Part shown: piece after piece, positions 26,025 to 37,880 of the stretch
Position numbering within the stretch: position 1 is the stretch's first letter
How the letters are laid out: each line of letters opens with the position of its first letter
Source of the DNA: Felis catus
Taxonomy: Eukaryota
Length of the DNA: 64,000 nucleotides
Reading direction: 5' to 3'
Assembly (NCBI RefSeq): GCF_018350175.1
Contig: NC_058368.1
Coordinates: 185,506,001 to 185,570,000, forward strand
The notes under the pieces: generated by a model
Databases searched by the model: none
Told to the model about the DNA's origin: nothing
What the model saw: only the letters and a program-made list of their open reading frames with translations
Made by a program: the position numbers and the translations under genes

Positions 26025-27679
26025 TTTTTTCAGCAAAGTCTTACCTTCTAGCTCAGATTATGCTCTTTTACTTTCCTCTTTGTAATGATGAAGCATCGCT
26101 GGAAAATGGAGGGGACTGAATAGTTGCCGCATAAGCTCTCTAGGGCATGGGGAAACATTGAAGTCATTATTGTAAACTGCATTGTGAATTTTAAGAACTG
26201 TATGATATCTCATTCTTTCTTTAATTATCTCCAGCCAATACTAACATGGGTAATAAGAATTGGAAATTTGGCCATGGACAAGATATTAATGTGAACTGGT
26301 ATTTTCATTTAAATATTGATTAATAAAAGATATTGTAGAGAGAAATTAAGCATTGATGCACTGTAAAAAAGTTAATATCAGCAAGCATGTTTTTAAGATG
26401 TGTATTTTAATACATGCCAAATTAAAGTTTGATTTGCAGCTGTTAGATACATCTTTCTGAGTAAAGATAATTTAAGTAAATTCAACAAAATGCATTATTT
26501 CCACCCCCCCCCAAATACAGGCACGAGGAAGATAACATTATTTTTGTTTGTGAAGTTAAAGCCTAAGCATTATATTTTCATTTTCCATTGCAGTATTTTT
26601 TTTTCTTGGAAGTCTTCCTCCGCATAAAGATCAGACAAAGTTGTGATGAAATTTATTGCTTAAGTTACATGTGAAAGAGTTGGAAAATTATCATTTGAAT
26701 AAGAAATACTTTATGATTCCAACTCCATTCTCTGGCCCCTATTTCATTTTATCTAAGTTTTACCATTTATTCTTCTACAATTTCCTAAGCTATTATCTGA
26801 TTAGCTTTGTGGAAAGTAATGCCTTTATAGATTAAGATACTTGATTTTTAAGATTTAGAATACATAATGTCAGCCTGAGAAAATAAAAGAGACATGTCTT
26901 TGGCATTTAATATTTAGCATCTTTTTGGAAAATTTTCACTGCTGTGAAGTAGCCAGATATGAAAGCAAATGTGAAGTGAGAGTCATAGGTCTGCCATATT
27001 ATTACAGGTTTATTTGAGCTAATTACAGCATAAATGCCACATTGGTTTTCAGTGATTCGTTTGCTGGACAGTTCTTCAAGCAGGCAGGAGAAAGCTGCTA
27101 GAGACATTTCAGCAGTGCTGGGACTCTTTAATTAAACTCTGGTTGATGTTCCAGAACCTCTCTTCAGAGCCTGCGGGAATAATAATACTTATTTACAGGC
27201 ACCTTTTACCCTAAGGTTTTCAGGTCTCCTTACTACAATCAGTATTCCAGACTGTGTTAAAAAGGAAAAGCAAACATTCTGTTTGAATTGACAGCAAGTG
27301 CATCTGTTTTTGTGTAAATGGGAATTTTGTTGATTAAAATATTCCAGATTCCATTCTGTTTTTAATACTCATCAAAATAATACAATCTATGAAGAGACAG
27401 TGAAGGAAACAAATATGGACCCTTTCTGTTCCTGATGAACTCTCATCCCAGCTCCCTTCATGTGACTACATACTTGTGAAAATGATTAGATAAACCAGAA
27501 ATGTCTTTGGGGGAACTCAATAATTTCCCTGTTTTTTAATCCCAGGGCAGAATATTTTTCTTTGCATATTTAGCTATTTATATATAACTATGTTTTCTGT
27601 CTCTTTTATCCTACACCTTAAACTTATTCCAGGAATATTAAGGTGGCTTATAAAAACACATATACTGAAGAATGAATAC

Positions 27680-27870
27680 TTTATTTATTTACTTATAGAT
27701 TATTTATTTTTTTAGAGAGTGAGTGAGCAGGGAAGGGGCAGAGAGAAAGGGAGAGAGAGAGAATCCCAATTGATGGTGGGGCTTGATGTCACAAATCAAA
27801 CCACGAGATCATGACCTGAGCTGAGGTCAACAGTCTGAATGCTTAACCGACTGAGCCAGCCAGGCATCCC
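27680..27870 (-). mobile_element. Carnivore SINE with internal deletion
   Basis: SINEC head and tail are present, but the gcaggctc...cagagcc segment is missing. TSD aagaatgaat at 27668-27677 and 27871-27880. Confidence 0.9.
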
Positions 27871-27976
27871 AAGAATGAATCTGTTTAAAAACATGCTAAA
27901 AAATGAGGCAATGAAAAATAAAGATATGAAAATAACAAATACCCATGTGTTAAGATTCTATATAAAATACGTGCAC

Positions 27977-28578
27977 TGTAATTGGCACAGGCAGGCTGGG
28001 TCCAAGGACCCAGAGCGGTCCCACAGGACCAGCCAACAGGGTGCTTGGCTTTGCTCAGGATGGAAATCAAATGTGAGTTGGAGAAAGTGAAAGCAGAGTT
28101 TATTGAATAGTATGAGTGACAGGTAGAGAATAGTAGATGGAGTACTGGAGAGACTAAGAAAGGAAAGGAGCATGAGGCTCATCTTTTCTTGGGGTTAGAG
28201 GTTTCTATGGGAAAAGAGTCTAGGATACATGTACCTTGAGTAATCCAGGGTAGAGTCTAATCAGAGGCAAATGTCTGGTGCACACTTGGTGTCACTGCAT
28301 AAATTACCAAAGGTAGAGGGTTTTGACTGCCAGGGTCAGCTGAGGTTTGGTTGAAGCTAATGTCCTAGGACATTTTTGGGATCTGCCTCTTCTTGGATGT
28401 TATTAAGTGTTTGGGGCCCAGGACAAAACTTAGAGAATGATTTACCTTTCTTGCTTCCCCCTTGAAGTGAGAACATAGCTTCTTGGCTTATTCAGAAATG
28501 GAGCCTAGCATTCTGACAGAGTGGAGACACAGCCATTCTACAATGGAGTCCCTTCTGCTGCTTTATCTCATAACCTCA
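27977..28578 (-). mobile_element. Solo retroviral LTR (probably ERV1-class), ~600 bp
   Basis: The minus strand reads TG...CA (TGAGGTTATGAGATAAAGCAGCAGAAGGGACTCCATT ... TTACA), with AATAAA at 28099-28104 about 120 nt from its 3' end. GC-richer than the flanks. Flanks are tgcac / cacac. Confidence 0.7.
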
Positions 28579-28589
28579 CACACCCCTTC

Positions 28590-29136
28590 AACCAAGAATA
28601 TACATACAGAGGAAAGAAACAAGTAACAAGATATTTGACATCATTAGCCATCAGGGAAATGAAAACTAAAGCCATGATGCAATACCATTTCAAAACTATC
28701 AGCATGGCTAAAATAGCCAAAATCAGATGCTTGAGAGAATATAGAGCTACTGGCACCTTCATACATTGCTGGTGGGAATGTCAAGTGTCACTGAAAAACA
28801 GTTGGGCAATTTCTTCCATAGTTAGGCAACCACTTACCTTATGATCCAGCAATTGCTCTCTGAGTGTTTATCCTAGAGAAATGAACTAATCATACTAAAA
28901 GCCCATACATGGATGTTTATAGGAGCTCTATGTACAATGCCAAAACCTGGAACAAATCCAAAGTCCCTCAGTGAATGAAGAGAGAAATTGGTATATCAAA
29001 GTAGTGGAATCCTCAAAATGAAAAGGAACAGACTATTGTTGCCTGCAAAGCCATGCATGTATATCAAAGGCATTATGCTCAGTGAAAGAAACAAGTCTTA
29101 AAAAGTTTAAAATTTTTTTTTGTTTATTTTTGAGAG

Positions 29137-29178
<42 letters not shown>

Positions 29179-29665
29179 CACATGAATGGGGGAGGGGCAG
29201 AAAGCGAGGGAGACACAGAATCCCCAACAGGCTTCAGGCTCTGAGCTGTCAGTATAGATCCTGACAAACCCACAAACTGAGCTGTCAGCACAGAGCTGGA
29301 TGCGGGGCTCAAACCCACAACTGGGAGATCATGACCTGGACAGAAGTTGGACCCTTAAGCAACTGAGCCACCCAGGTGCCCTGTCTTAAATTTTTTTAAT
29401 AATGAATGGTTTCATTTATAAGATTTCTGGAAGAAAATAAAACTGTAATGATGGAGGAGAATAATTAGTGGTTGCTAGAGGCTAGAGTGAAGGAGGGCAT
29501 TATTGCAAAGAATGGTAGCATGAGGGAGTTTTCTGGGTAATGGATCTGTCCTAGTTCCTGATTATAGTGATAGTTACACAAATACATACTATAGTTTAAA
29601 ATGCATAAAAATATATACCCAAACAACAGTTTTATTGCATGTTTAACAATAGAAAATAAATTTAT
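28590..29665 (+). mobile_element. Old L1M ORF2 C-terminus and 3' UTR, split by a SINE
   Basis: ORF 28521-28844 contains decayed ORF2 'TSLAIREMKTK...HCWWEC'. Followed by tatgatccagcaatt, cattatgctcagtgaaagaa and attagtggttgctagagg 3'-UTR motifs. Confidence 0.8.
29103..29381 (-). mobile_element. Carnivore SINE with internal duplication
   Basis: SINEC body in which ctgagctgtcag...aaacccacaa occurs twice (29241-29276, 29277-29320). TSD gtcttaaa. Confidence 0.92.
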
Positions 29666-30029
29666 AAAAATTGTCACATTTTTGTCTGTGAGTTATTCAT
29701 AGGGCAAAGATTATAGTAGTGCCCATAGATAAAATCAAGCCAGGTACTCAGGGTCATATCTATTCCTAATAGGATAATACAAGACATATGTCCAATATAA
29801 TAAAAATGTGTCTTTTAATAACCTGAAGTATATATCAACAAGGAATCATAATTGTACCTTCTGCATGTCTGACCATCCCTTTCTTGACTTCTTTATGCCT
29901 ATGTTTTTTTTTTTTATTTGCTTTTAAAGGATAGGTATTCTTTAGGTTGTGTCTTCAATCTTAATTTCTTTTAGTGCAGCATCCTCTAGCAGGGAAATTT
30001 CTTTTAATCCAGTAGCTTGACCTAAAATC

Positions 30030-31100
30030 TCCTTGCTGAAGATGATTTCCAAATCTCTACCTACAGTTCTACTATCTTTTTCTCTCCACTTACAGTTTTC
30101 TGTGTAATATCTTCTTTTGAATATCTCACTGTTCCAAAAAATAGCCATGCCCCATACAATTTAATAAATAGATCTTCAGAAATCTAAGATTTTTCTGAAA
30201 TCACTGACCTCTTAGTCAGCAAAACTAGAAATATTATCTTGTTTTACCACCTCTTAATACTCTCCCTCAAAACATTGGTCACTAAATCTAGTTGATTCTT
30301 TCAACATTGCATTTTTTTTCCAACACAAAGACCTATATTAAAGCCTTGATTTTGGGTGCTTTGGAATATTACAATAGCCTTAGTATGGTCTCTCTGATTC
30401 CCATCTCTTATATCTAAGCTTCATTTTTGCACTCTTGCTGGCATTACTTTACGAAATCTAATTAATTCATGCCATCTTGACCAGAAATCTTTTATTCTCA
30501 CATAAAAGAGAATCCAAACTTCATGTAATATTTTTTTTTCAACGTTTATTTGTTTTTGGGACAGAGAGAGACAGAGCATGAACGGGGGTGGGGCAGAGAG
30601 AGACAGAGACACAGAATCGGAAACAGGCTCCAGGCTCTGAGCCATCAGCCCAGAGCCTGACGCGGGGCTCGAACTCACGGACCGCGAGATCGTGACCTGG
30701 CTGAAGTCGGACGCTTAACTGACTGCACCACCCAGGTGCCCCATATTCTTAAGCTTCAATAATTTTTTTCTAATATCGCCTAGCACTGCAAATGCACCCA
30801 TCATTGTCTACTTACATACAGTCCACCTGTACCCTAGTCATGTCATATATTTTGTTGTTCCCCGAAACCATCACATTTCTGGTCAACTATATCACTTTAT
30901 ATGGGCAGTGCCCAGTATGTATATATTCCCTCTGCCTATGAGAATTCTATGTATGCTTCATGTCTCTACTCTTATACCATATCTCTCATGAAGACGTCCT
31001 CAATCTAGCAATTTGGAATTCATCTTAACTCCCTTCAAGCTTTCATAGAATGTTTAATTTATTTATTTTGTGTTTTATTATGCATGCATATCTTCTGCTA
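30030..31100 (+). mobile_element. LINE-2 remnant, interrupted by a SINE
   Basis: tgctgaagatgatttccaaatctctac (decayed RT 'ADDSQI' region), aatattacaatagcctta...ggtctctctg and aaagagaatccaaactt are L2-like motifs. Confidence 0.6.
30530..30742 (-). mobile_element. Young felid SINE (SINEC_Fc type)
   Basis: Near-consensus body with many retained CpGs (gacgcggggctcgaactcacggaccgcgagatcgtg). Confidence 0.96.
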
Positions 31101-31117
31101 CTGAGATCATAACCTTC

Positions 31118-31152
31118 TTTCAAATTTAATTATTTTATATTATTTAATTAAC

Positions 31153-31191
<39 letters not shown>

Positions 31192-31347
31192 GAGAATATG
31201 AATGAGCAGGGGAGGGAAAGAGAGAATCTTAAGCAGGCTCTACACCCAGTTCAGAGCCTGACCTGGGGCTCCACTCACAACTGTGAGATCATGACCTGAA
31301 CCAAAACAGGAGTCAGACACTTAACTGCCTGAGCCACCAGGCACCCT
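31118..31347 (-). mobile_element. Older carnivore SINE with (TTTA)n tail
   Basis: Perfect 15-bp TSD gagatcataaccttc at 31103-31117 and 31349-31363. Confidence 0.92.
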
Positions 31348-31884
31348 GGAGATCATAACCTTCCTAAGAGTATCAATCATATATTAAACACACTTACTTT
31401 TTTAAATTCTTTTTTGGAATATGTGCAAATACATATATAAAGAAATAATCTTTACTTTCTTGTTAGATCTGGAACAATGCCCATTACATATAAGATATTC
31501 AATAGATGTTTTCTTTATAAATAAATGGAGAGATGAAGAGCAGAGAGATTAAGCAGGCTACGAAGTGTTGGAAATGTTATCCCACACAATTATAGGAAGA
31601 TTATTATTAGCAATAATGTGTTATTACAAATATCATTCTGCATGATCAGGTAATGTCAACATTTATTTATTATGCACCTGCACATACCACCCAAAGCCAA
31701 ATTATATTTTCATCCTATCATTCACCTGCTCAAATTTCAGTGTCTGCCTGGTGTGTTAAAGATTTAAGTTTTATTTTTTGCACTTATGACATTTTTATTA
31801 GCTGTTATCCAATGTTGTCATTATCCAATAATGCAACACTCATATCTGAATGTATGAATACTGTGTTTCTCAATATTCCCTATA

Positions 31885-32155
31885 GTTCTCTCTCTTCTCC
31901 CTCTCTTGATCCTCCCTCCTTCTATCCTCTGTCCCTCCTTCCCTTGATCCTTCCTCCCTCCCATCCTTCCTTCCATCCTTCCTTCCTTCCTTCCTTCCTT
32001 CCTTCCTTCCTTCCTTCCTTCCATTCTTCCTTCCTTGTTCTTTATTATTCCTCTCTCCTCTGCTTTCCCCCATCACTCTCTCTTCCTTCTCACCTCTGTT
32101 ATACCTTTATCCCTCCCTCCCAATCTCTTTTCCTTTAAGTCAGTCTTTCTCTTTA
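31885..32155. repeat. CT-rich low-complexity tract with (CCTT)n core
   Basis: (CCTT) run at ~31977-32020 inside a pyrimidine-rich region. Accounts for the PSFL and EGRK ORFs. Confidence 0.9.
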
Positions 32156-32246
32156 ACATTTCTTCTTGCTTACTATGTACTCCATCTTGATCTGAGAAGG
32201 TCAAAAACACTGAAATAGGTACTGCACTTAGAGAGCTCACAGTTTA

Positions 32247-32439
32247 GGGGTGCCTGGGTGGCTCATTCGGTTAAGTATTGGCTCAGGTCATGATTTCTTG
32301 GTTCGTGGGTTCAGGCCCCACGTTGGGCTCTGCACTGACAGTGCTGAGGCTGCTTGGGATTCTCTCCCTCTTTCTCTACATCTCTCTCTCTCTCTCATTC
32401 TCTCTCTCAAAAATAACCAAATATTTAAGGGGAAAAAAG
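32247..32439 (+). mobile_element. Carnivore SINE
   Basis: ggggtgcctgggtggctc head with a short deletion. Perfect TSD gagctcacagtttag at 32233-32247 and 32440-32454. Confidence 0.92.
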
Positions 32440-32707
32440 GAGCTCACAGTTTAGAGTGAGCAGGTCAGGTTTTTGTTTTTCTTTTGTTTCTTTTTTTTTA
32501 ACCATTCTCAGTAAGAATCATGCTTATTCTCACTGTGGTACAACCCACCAATACCTTTATTCAGTCTTTGCCTGACATCTGCATTAGTGTCATCCTGACC
32601 TGTTTTCATTCATCTTTTTTCCAGAATGGTGAAATCTTTCATAACCATCCTCACAGCAGATGTGAGCTACACTATATTTTATGCTCTGAATTTCATTTCT
32701 TTAGTTC

Positions 32708-32915
32708 ATTTAAAAAAATTTATTTATTTATTTTTGAGAGAGAGAGAAAGAGAGAGAGAGGAAGGGGTGGAGAGAAAGGGAGACAGAGAACGCTAAGCAG
32801 GCTCCATAGTATCAGCACAGAGCCTGATGCAGGGCTTGAAGCCATGAACCATGAGATCATGACCTGAGCTGAAATCAAGTCAGACAATTAACTGACTGGG
32901 CCACACAGGTGGACC
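32708..32915 (-). mobile_element. Carnivore SINE
   Basis: Perfect TSD tcatttctttagttc at 32693-32707 and 32916-32930. Confidence 0.92.
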
Positions 32916-34100
32916 TCATTTCTTTAGTTCTTTATAGCTTGTCACCATTAGTGGGCTTGGGTTGATTGTGTCACATATGTCTGTCATAAGTTACTCAGAG
33001 TTTTTGGGTAGTTTTTCTAAAAGTCCTCATTGTTTCTTGCATGGATACTCATGGGTGATTTGCTTAATCAATCAAACACTCAAGATATTGAAAAGAATTA
33101 AGTCAGAAGGCAAGAAAGACCTTTTAGAATAAGTAAAGACAAAAGTTTATTTAAAAATGTTTGCGATTTTTTAAAAAGTAGAATTTTGTACAATGAACTT
33201 GGGAAATATAACATCAGATGTCACTATTGTTTATGGGTATAGGATTTGGGGACTTTTATTCCTTTCTTTGCACATTTCTATATTGAACAGTTATTTTTAA
33301 ATATGTGTATACTATTTTTAAAATAATTAAGTTAATTTTAATAAATTTTAATAATTTGTCATAGTGTGTGCTGAAGTACATATGACAAAATAAAAACTTT
33401 TCCTAATGGATTTCAAATTTCCATATGTTTTGCCCTCCAGGGAATACCCTAGGTTATCAACACATATATAATACAGATATATATGACTGCTTTTTGAAAG
33501 ATATTTCTCTCTCTATTTCACCCTGTTCAAGGACATTATTATTCATTGTTTAACAATAGAGGGCAGTAGAATAATGGTTCATAGAATTTATTTTAGACAA
33601 AACTAACCAAGTCCCTCATTCTAACCTCTAGAAAAATGATCAGAATAGGTCTAACATATTTATAAAAGAAGAAAATCAGCGTCATGATTTTTGCTTTTAA
33701 TTTGCCAAAATGCGCATTTCCTCTGAGAGAGGAAAAGACACTCAGGAGGTGTTCAGAATCGAGCACTTTTTCTTTGACCTTGGGTTAACTTTGCAGGGCT
33801 TTGAAGTTTCCATCAGGACATTCATAAAAAATATTTACATTTTCCATTGATCTTGTCATATGAAGTATGTCTATTCACAAACAGATTTAAAGAAAAAGAA
33901 AACCATCAGTTTAATATAGCTTCTAAGTACTTAATGGTTGTCGGCAAAATAACACCATATGTAACTGAATTAAACTGTTTGTGTTCAAATGTGCTTGCTT
34001 ATGTAGGTTATGTAAAACTCAACTATTGCATGCTAAGTGTCCTCAGGTGTGAGACTGTCAGAGTGCAACCCCGGGAGATTCTGATTAAAGAGGCCTCTCT

Positions 34101-34606
34101 CAGTGCCATGCCAAACCATAATGGAGCCTAAGGCAAAAGGAAAAAAAAATCAGTATTATGATGCTGTCTTTATTCAAAATTCTGGTGTTTTCTTTATCAT
34201 GGACTTTTAATATTAATTTTGATTTAAAATTTCATTAAAATGTTATTTATCATGGGGCGCCTGGGTGGCGCAGTCAGTTAAGCGTCCGACTTCAGCCAGG
34301 TCACGATCTTGCGGTCCGTGAGTTCGAGCCCCGCGTCGGGCTCTGGGCTGATGGCTCAGAGCCTGGAGCCTGTTTCCGATTCTGTGTCTCTGTCTCTCTC
34401 TGCCCCACCCCCGTTCATGCTCTGTCTCTCTCTGTCCCAAAAATAAATAAATGTTGAAAAAAAAATTAAAAAAAAATGTTATTTATCTTGATTTCTTTTT
34501 CTTCTCCTTCTCCTTCTCCTTCTTTTTCTCCTTCTTCTTCTTCTGGCATTGTTTAAATGTCTCTGAGGTGAGTACCTTACTCCCCTCATCCTAAATCCTA
34601 GCCCTC
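34101..34606. mobile_element. MER96B-like hAT element, split by a young SINE
   Basis: cagtgcc...ctaaggcaaaaggaaaaa...ctgtctttattcaaaat...tcatggac...attaattttgatt...gaggtgagtaccttactcccctcatcctaaatcctagccct matches the recalled MER96B layout. Confidence 0.7.
34254..34472 (+). mobile_element. Young felid SINE (SINEC_Fc type)
   Basis: Near-consensus and CpG-rich. TSD aaaatgttatttatc at 34237-34251 and 34473-34487. Confidence 0.96.
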
Positions 34607-34699
34607 ATAGCTACTCAAACCAAGATACTTTGAGTCATAGCAACATAAAAAATATTGAGATAAGGTGGAATGATAGAATAAGAAATAAAAGTTGAATTC

Positions 34700-34821
34700 A
34701 GGGTGGCTGGATGGCTTAGTCTTTAAGCATCCAACTCTTGATTTTGGCTCAGATCATGATCTCACAGTTTGTGAGTATGAGCCCCACTTCAGGTTCTGCA
34801 CTGGTGGTGGCTGCTTGGGAT

Positions 34822-34874
<53 letters not shown>

Positions 34875-34934
34875 GTTCCTCCCCCACTTGTGCTTTCTGT
34901 CTCCTAAAATAAATAAATAAACTTTAGATAAAAA
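34700..34934 (+). mobile_element. Older carnivore SINE
   Basis: agggtggctggatggcttagtctttaagcatcc head, (CT)n and aaataaataaataaa tail. Confidence 0.9.
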
Positions 34935-35440
34935 GGTGATTTGATACTCAGAAAGACTGTTATCAACTGAGTGTCCTGCTATGCAGAATTCTTAGTCTGA
35001 TACATAATGAAATATATCTCAATAAATCATGCTTCAAGCCTATTTGGAATTCAGCTCTCTCTTTTGCAAGAACAAGTATGAACTTCTACCTTAACCATAT
35101 ATTTCTCTATATCTGTATTATAAAAGTGTACTCGTTTAATTTCTTATTTCAGAGAGATAAACAAACTAAAGGAAATCCCATTGGATCTAAACATAATATT
35201 CAATTCATGCCTTTCTTTAGTCATCTTCTCTTCAGAACCTGGATCATCATCTCAGACTAAAAATATCCTAAGAAGAATTAGTGCCCACAATACTTGATGT
35301 TCTGGAAAAACTCTAACTTACCTAACCTTAAGCAATCTGGTGTGTCATCTGACTCTCCCATAAATCTTATAAAAAGAGCAAAATAGAAGGGAATGAAGAA
35401 AAGATGGAAGGATTGAATAAAGAAAGAAGGAAATGAAGAA

Positions 35441-35484
<44 letters not shown>
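35441..35484. repeat. (AGTT)11 microsatellite
   Basis: Read directly. Confidence 0.97.
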
Positions 35485-35563
35485 GTTTAAAATAGACTTA
35501 ATCAGCAAATCCAGTGAAGTGAATTCTAGTCAACCTGGTCTTGGACTTAACAGATGCCCCTTA

Positions 35564-37880
35564 CACATTTAGGTTCTTTCTGTAATTTGACTATTGTTAA
35601 TAGTACTGCTATAAACATTGGGTTGCATATGCCCCTTCAAATCAGTATTTTTGTATCCTTTGGATAAATACCTAATAGTGCGATTGCTAGGTTGTAAGAT
35701 AGTTCTAGGCTTCCCCTTCCTCTGCATCCTGGCCAACATCTGTTGTATCCTGAGTTGTTAATTTAAGACATTATGACAGGTGTGAGGTGGTATCTCATTG
35801 TGGTTTGATTTGTATTTTACTGAAGATGAATAATGTTTAACATTTTTTCATGTGTCTGTTAGCCATTTATTTGTCTTCTTTGGAGAAATGTCTGTTCGTG
35901 TGTTCTGTCCATTTCTTAACTGAGTTATTTGATTTTGGGGTGTTCAGTTTGAAAAGTTCTTTATAGATTTTGGATACTAGCCCTTTATCAGATATATCAT
36001 TTGCAAAGATCTTCTCCCATTCCATACGTTGCCTTTTAGCTTTGTTGATTGTTGCCTTGGCTGTGCAGAAGCTTTTTATCTTGATAAAGTCCTACTAGTT
36101 CATTTTTGCTTTTGTTTCCGTTGTCTCCAGTGACATGTCTGGTAAGAAGTTGCTCTGGGTGAGATCAAAGAGGTTGCGGCCTATGCTCTCCTCTAGGATT
36201 TTGATGGTTTCCTTTCTCACATTTAGGTATTTTATCCATTTTTGAATTTATTTTTGTGTATGGTATAAGAAAGTGGTCCAGTTTCATTCTTCATGTTGTC
36301 ATCTAGTTTTCCCAGTACCATTTGTTGAAGACACTTTTTTTCCCATTGGATATTCTTTCCTGTTTTGTCAAAGATTAGTTGACCATACAGTTGTGGGTCC
36401 ATTTCTGGGTTTCCTATTCTGTTCCATTGCTCTAAGTGTGTGTGTTTGTGCCAGCACCATACTGATTTGATGATTAAAGCTTTATAATACAGCTTGAAGT
36501 CCTGAATTTTGATGCCTCCAGCTTTGGTTTTCTCTTTCAACATTACTTGGGCTATTTAGGGTCTTTTGTGGTTTCATACAAATTTTAAAATTGTTTGTTC
36601 TAGCTCTGTGAAGAATGTTGGTGTTATTTTGATAGGGATTGCATTGAATATGTAGATTCCTTTGGGTAGTATAGATATTTTAACAATATTTGTTCTTATC
36701 CATTAGCCTGGAATGTTTTCCCATTTCTTTGTGTTGTCTTCAGTTTTATTTTTCCATAAATGTTCTATAGTTTTCAGAATATAGATATTTTACCTCTTTG
36801 CTTAGGTTTATTCCTAGGTATCTTATGGTTTTTGGTGCAATTGTAAATGGGATTGATTACTTGATTTCTCTTTCTGCTGCTTCATTATTGGTGTATAGAA
36901 ATGGAACAGAATTCTACACATTGATTTTATATCCTGTGACTTTGCTGAATTCATGTATTAGTTCTAACAATTATTTTGTGGAGTATTTTAGGTTTTCTAC
37001 ATAGACTATCATGTCATCTGCAAAGAGTGAAAATTGTATTTCTTCCTTGTTGATTTGGATGCCTTTTATTTCTTTTTGTTTGATTGCTGAGGCCAAATGT
37101 CCATTGACTGATGAATGAATAATGAAGATGTGGTATATGGGGGCACCCGGGTGGCTCAATTGGTTAAGTGTCCGACTCTTGGTTTCAGCTCAGGTCATGA
37201 TCTCACAGTTTGTGAGTTTGAACTCCACATTGGGGTTCTGCCAGCACAGATCATGTTCTGTGCTATCAGCACAGATTCTGCTTGGGATTCTCTCCCTCTC
37301 TCTCTTTTTGCTCATCCCCTGCTCTCTGTCTCTCTCTGTCTCTGTCTCTCTCTTTCTCTCTCTCTCAAAATAGATAAATAAACTTAAGATGAAAGATACA
37401 CACACACACACACACACACAATGGAGTATTACTCATCTGTCAAAAAGAATGAAATCTTGCCTTTGAAATGATGTAGATGAAATTAGAATGTATTATGCTA
37501 AGCAAAATAAGTCTTTCAAAGAAAGACAAATACTGTATGATTTCACTCATATGTGGAATTTAAGAAACAAAACAGATAAACATAGGGGAAGGGAAGGGAA
37601 AATAAAATAAGATACAAACAGAGAGGGAGGCAAACTGTAAGAGACTCTTAACTATAAAGAACAAACTGAGGAATGCTGGAGGGAAGGTGGAGGGAATGGG
37701 CTAAATGGGTGATGGGCACTAAAGAGGGCACTTGTGCTGAACACTGTGTGTCATGTGTAAGTGATGAATCACTAAATTCTACTCCTGAAACCAGCATTAC
37801 ACCATATGTTAACTAGCTTGAATCAAAAGAAAAATTTGGAAGAAAAATAAAACAAAACAACCCCCCCCAAAAAAAAAACC
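35564..37880 (+). mobile_element. 5'-inverted (twin-primed) carnivore LINE-1: inverted ORF2 35564-~37092 (-), 3' part ~37093-37880 (+)
   Basis: Minus-strand ORFs give L1 ORF2 peptides ([13 protein letters not shown] motif; AGGI..DFKLYYKA...QWNRI...YGQLIFDK). The plus part is the ORF2 end, 3' UTR and A-rich tail. TSD aacagatgcccctta (35549-35563) / aacagatgaccctta (37881-37895). Confidence 0.92.
37139..37392 (+). mobile_element. Carnivore SINE nested in the L1
   Basis: gggggcacccgggtggctcaattggttaag head and an internal repeat of gttctg...cagcacagat. Followed by (CA)n at 37398-37419. Confidence 0.92.

Noticed and set aside
31653..32138. Longest ORF in the track (161 aa) and overlapping EGRK-repeat ORFs
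   Set aside because: Open mainly because the (CCTT)n low-complexity tract lacks stop codons.
36232..37159. ORFs with a reverse-transcriptase FADD motif
   Set aside because: Fragmented, frameshifted ORF2 of a truncated L1, not an active or domesticated RT gene.
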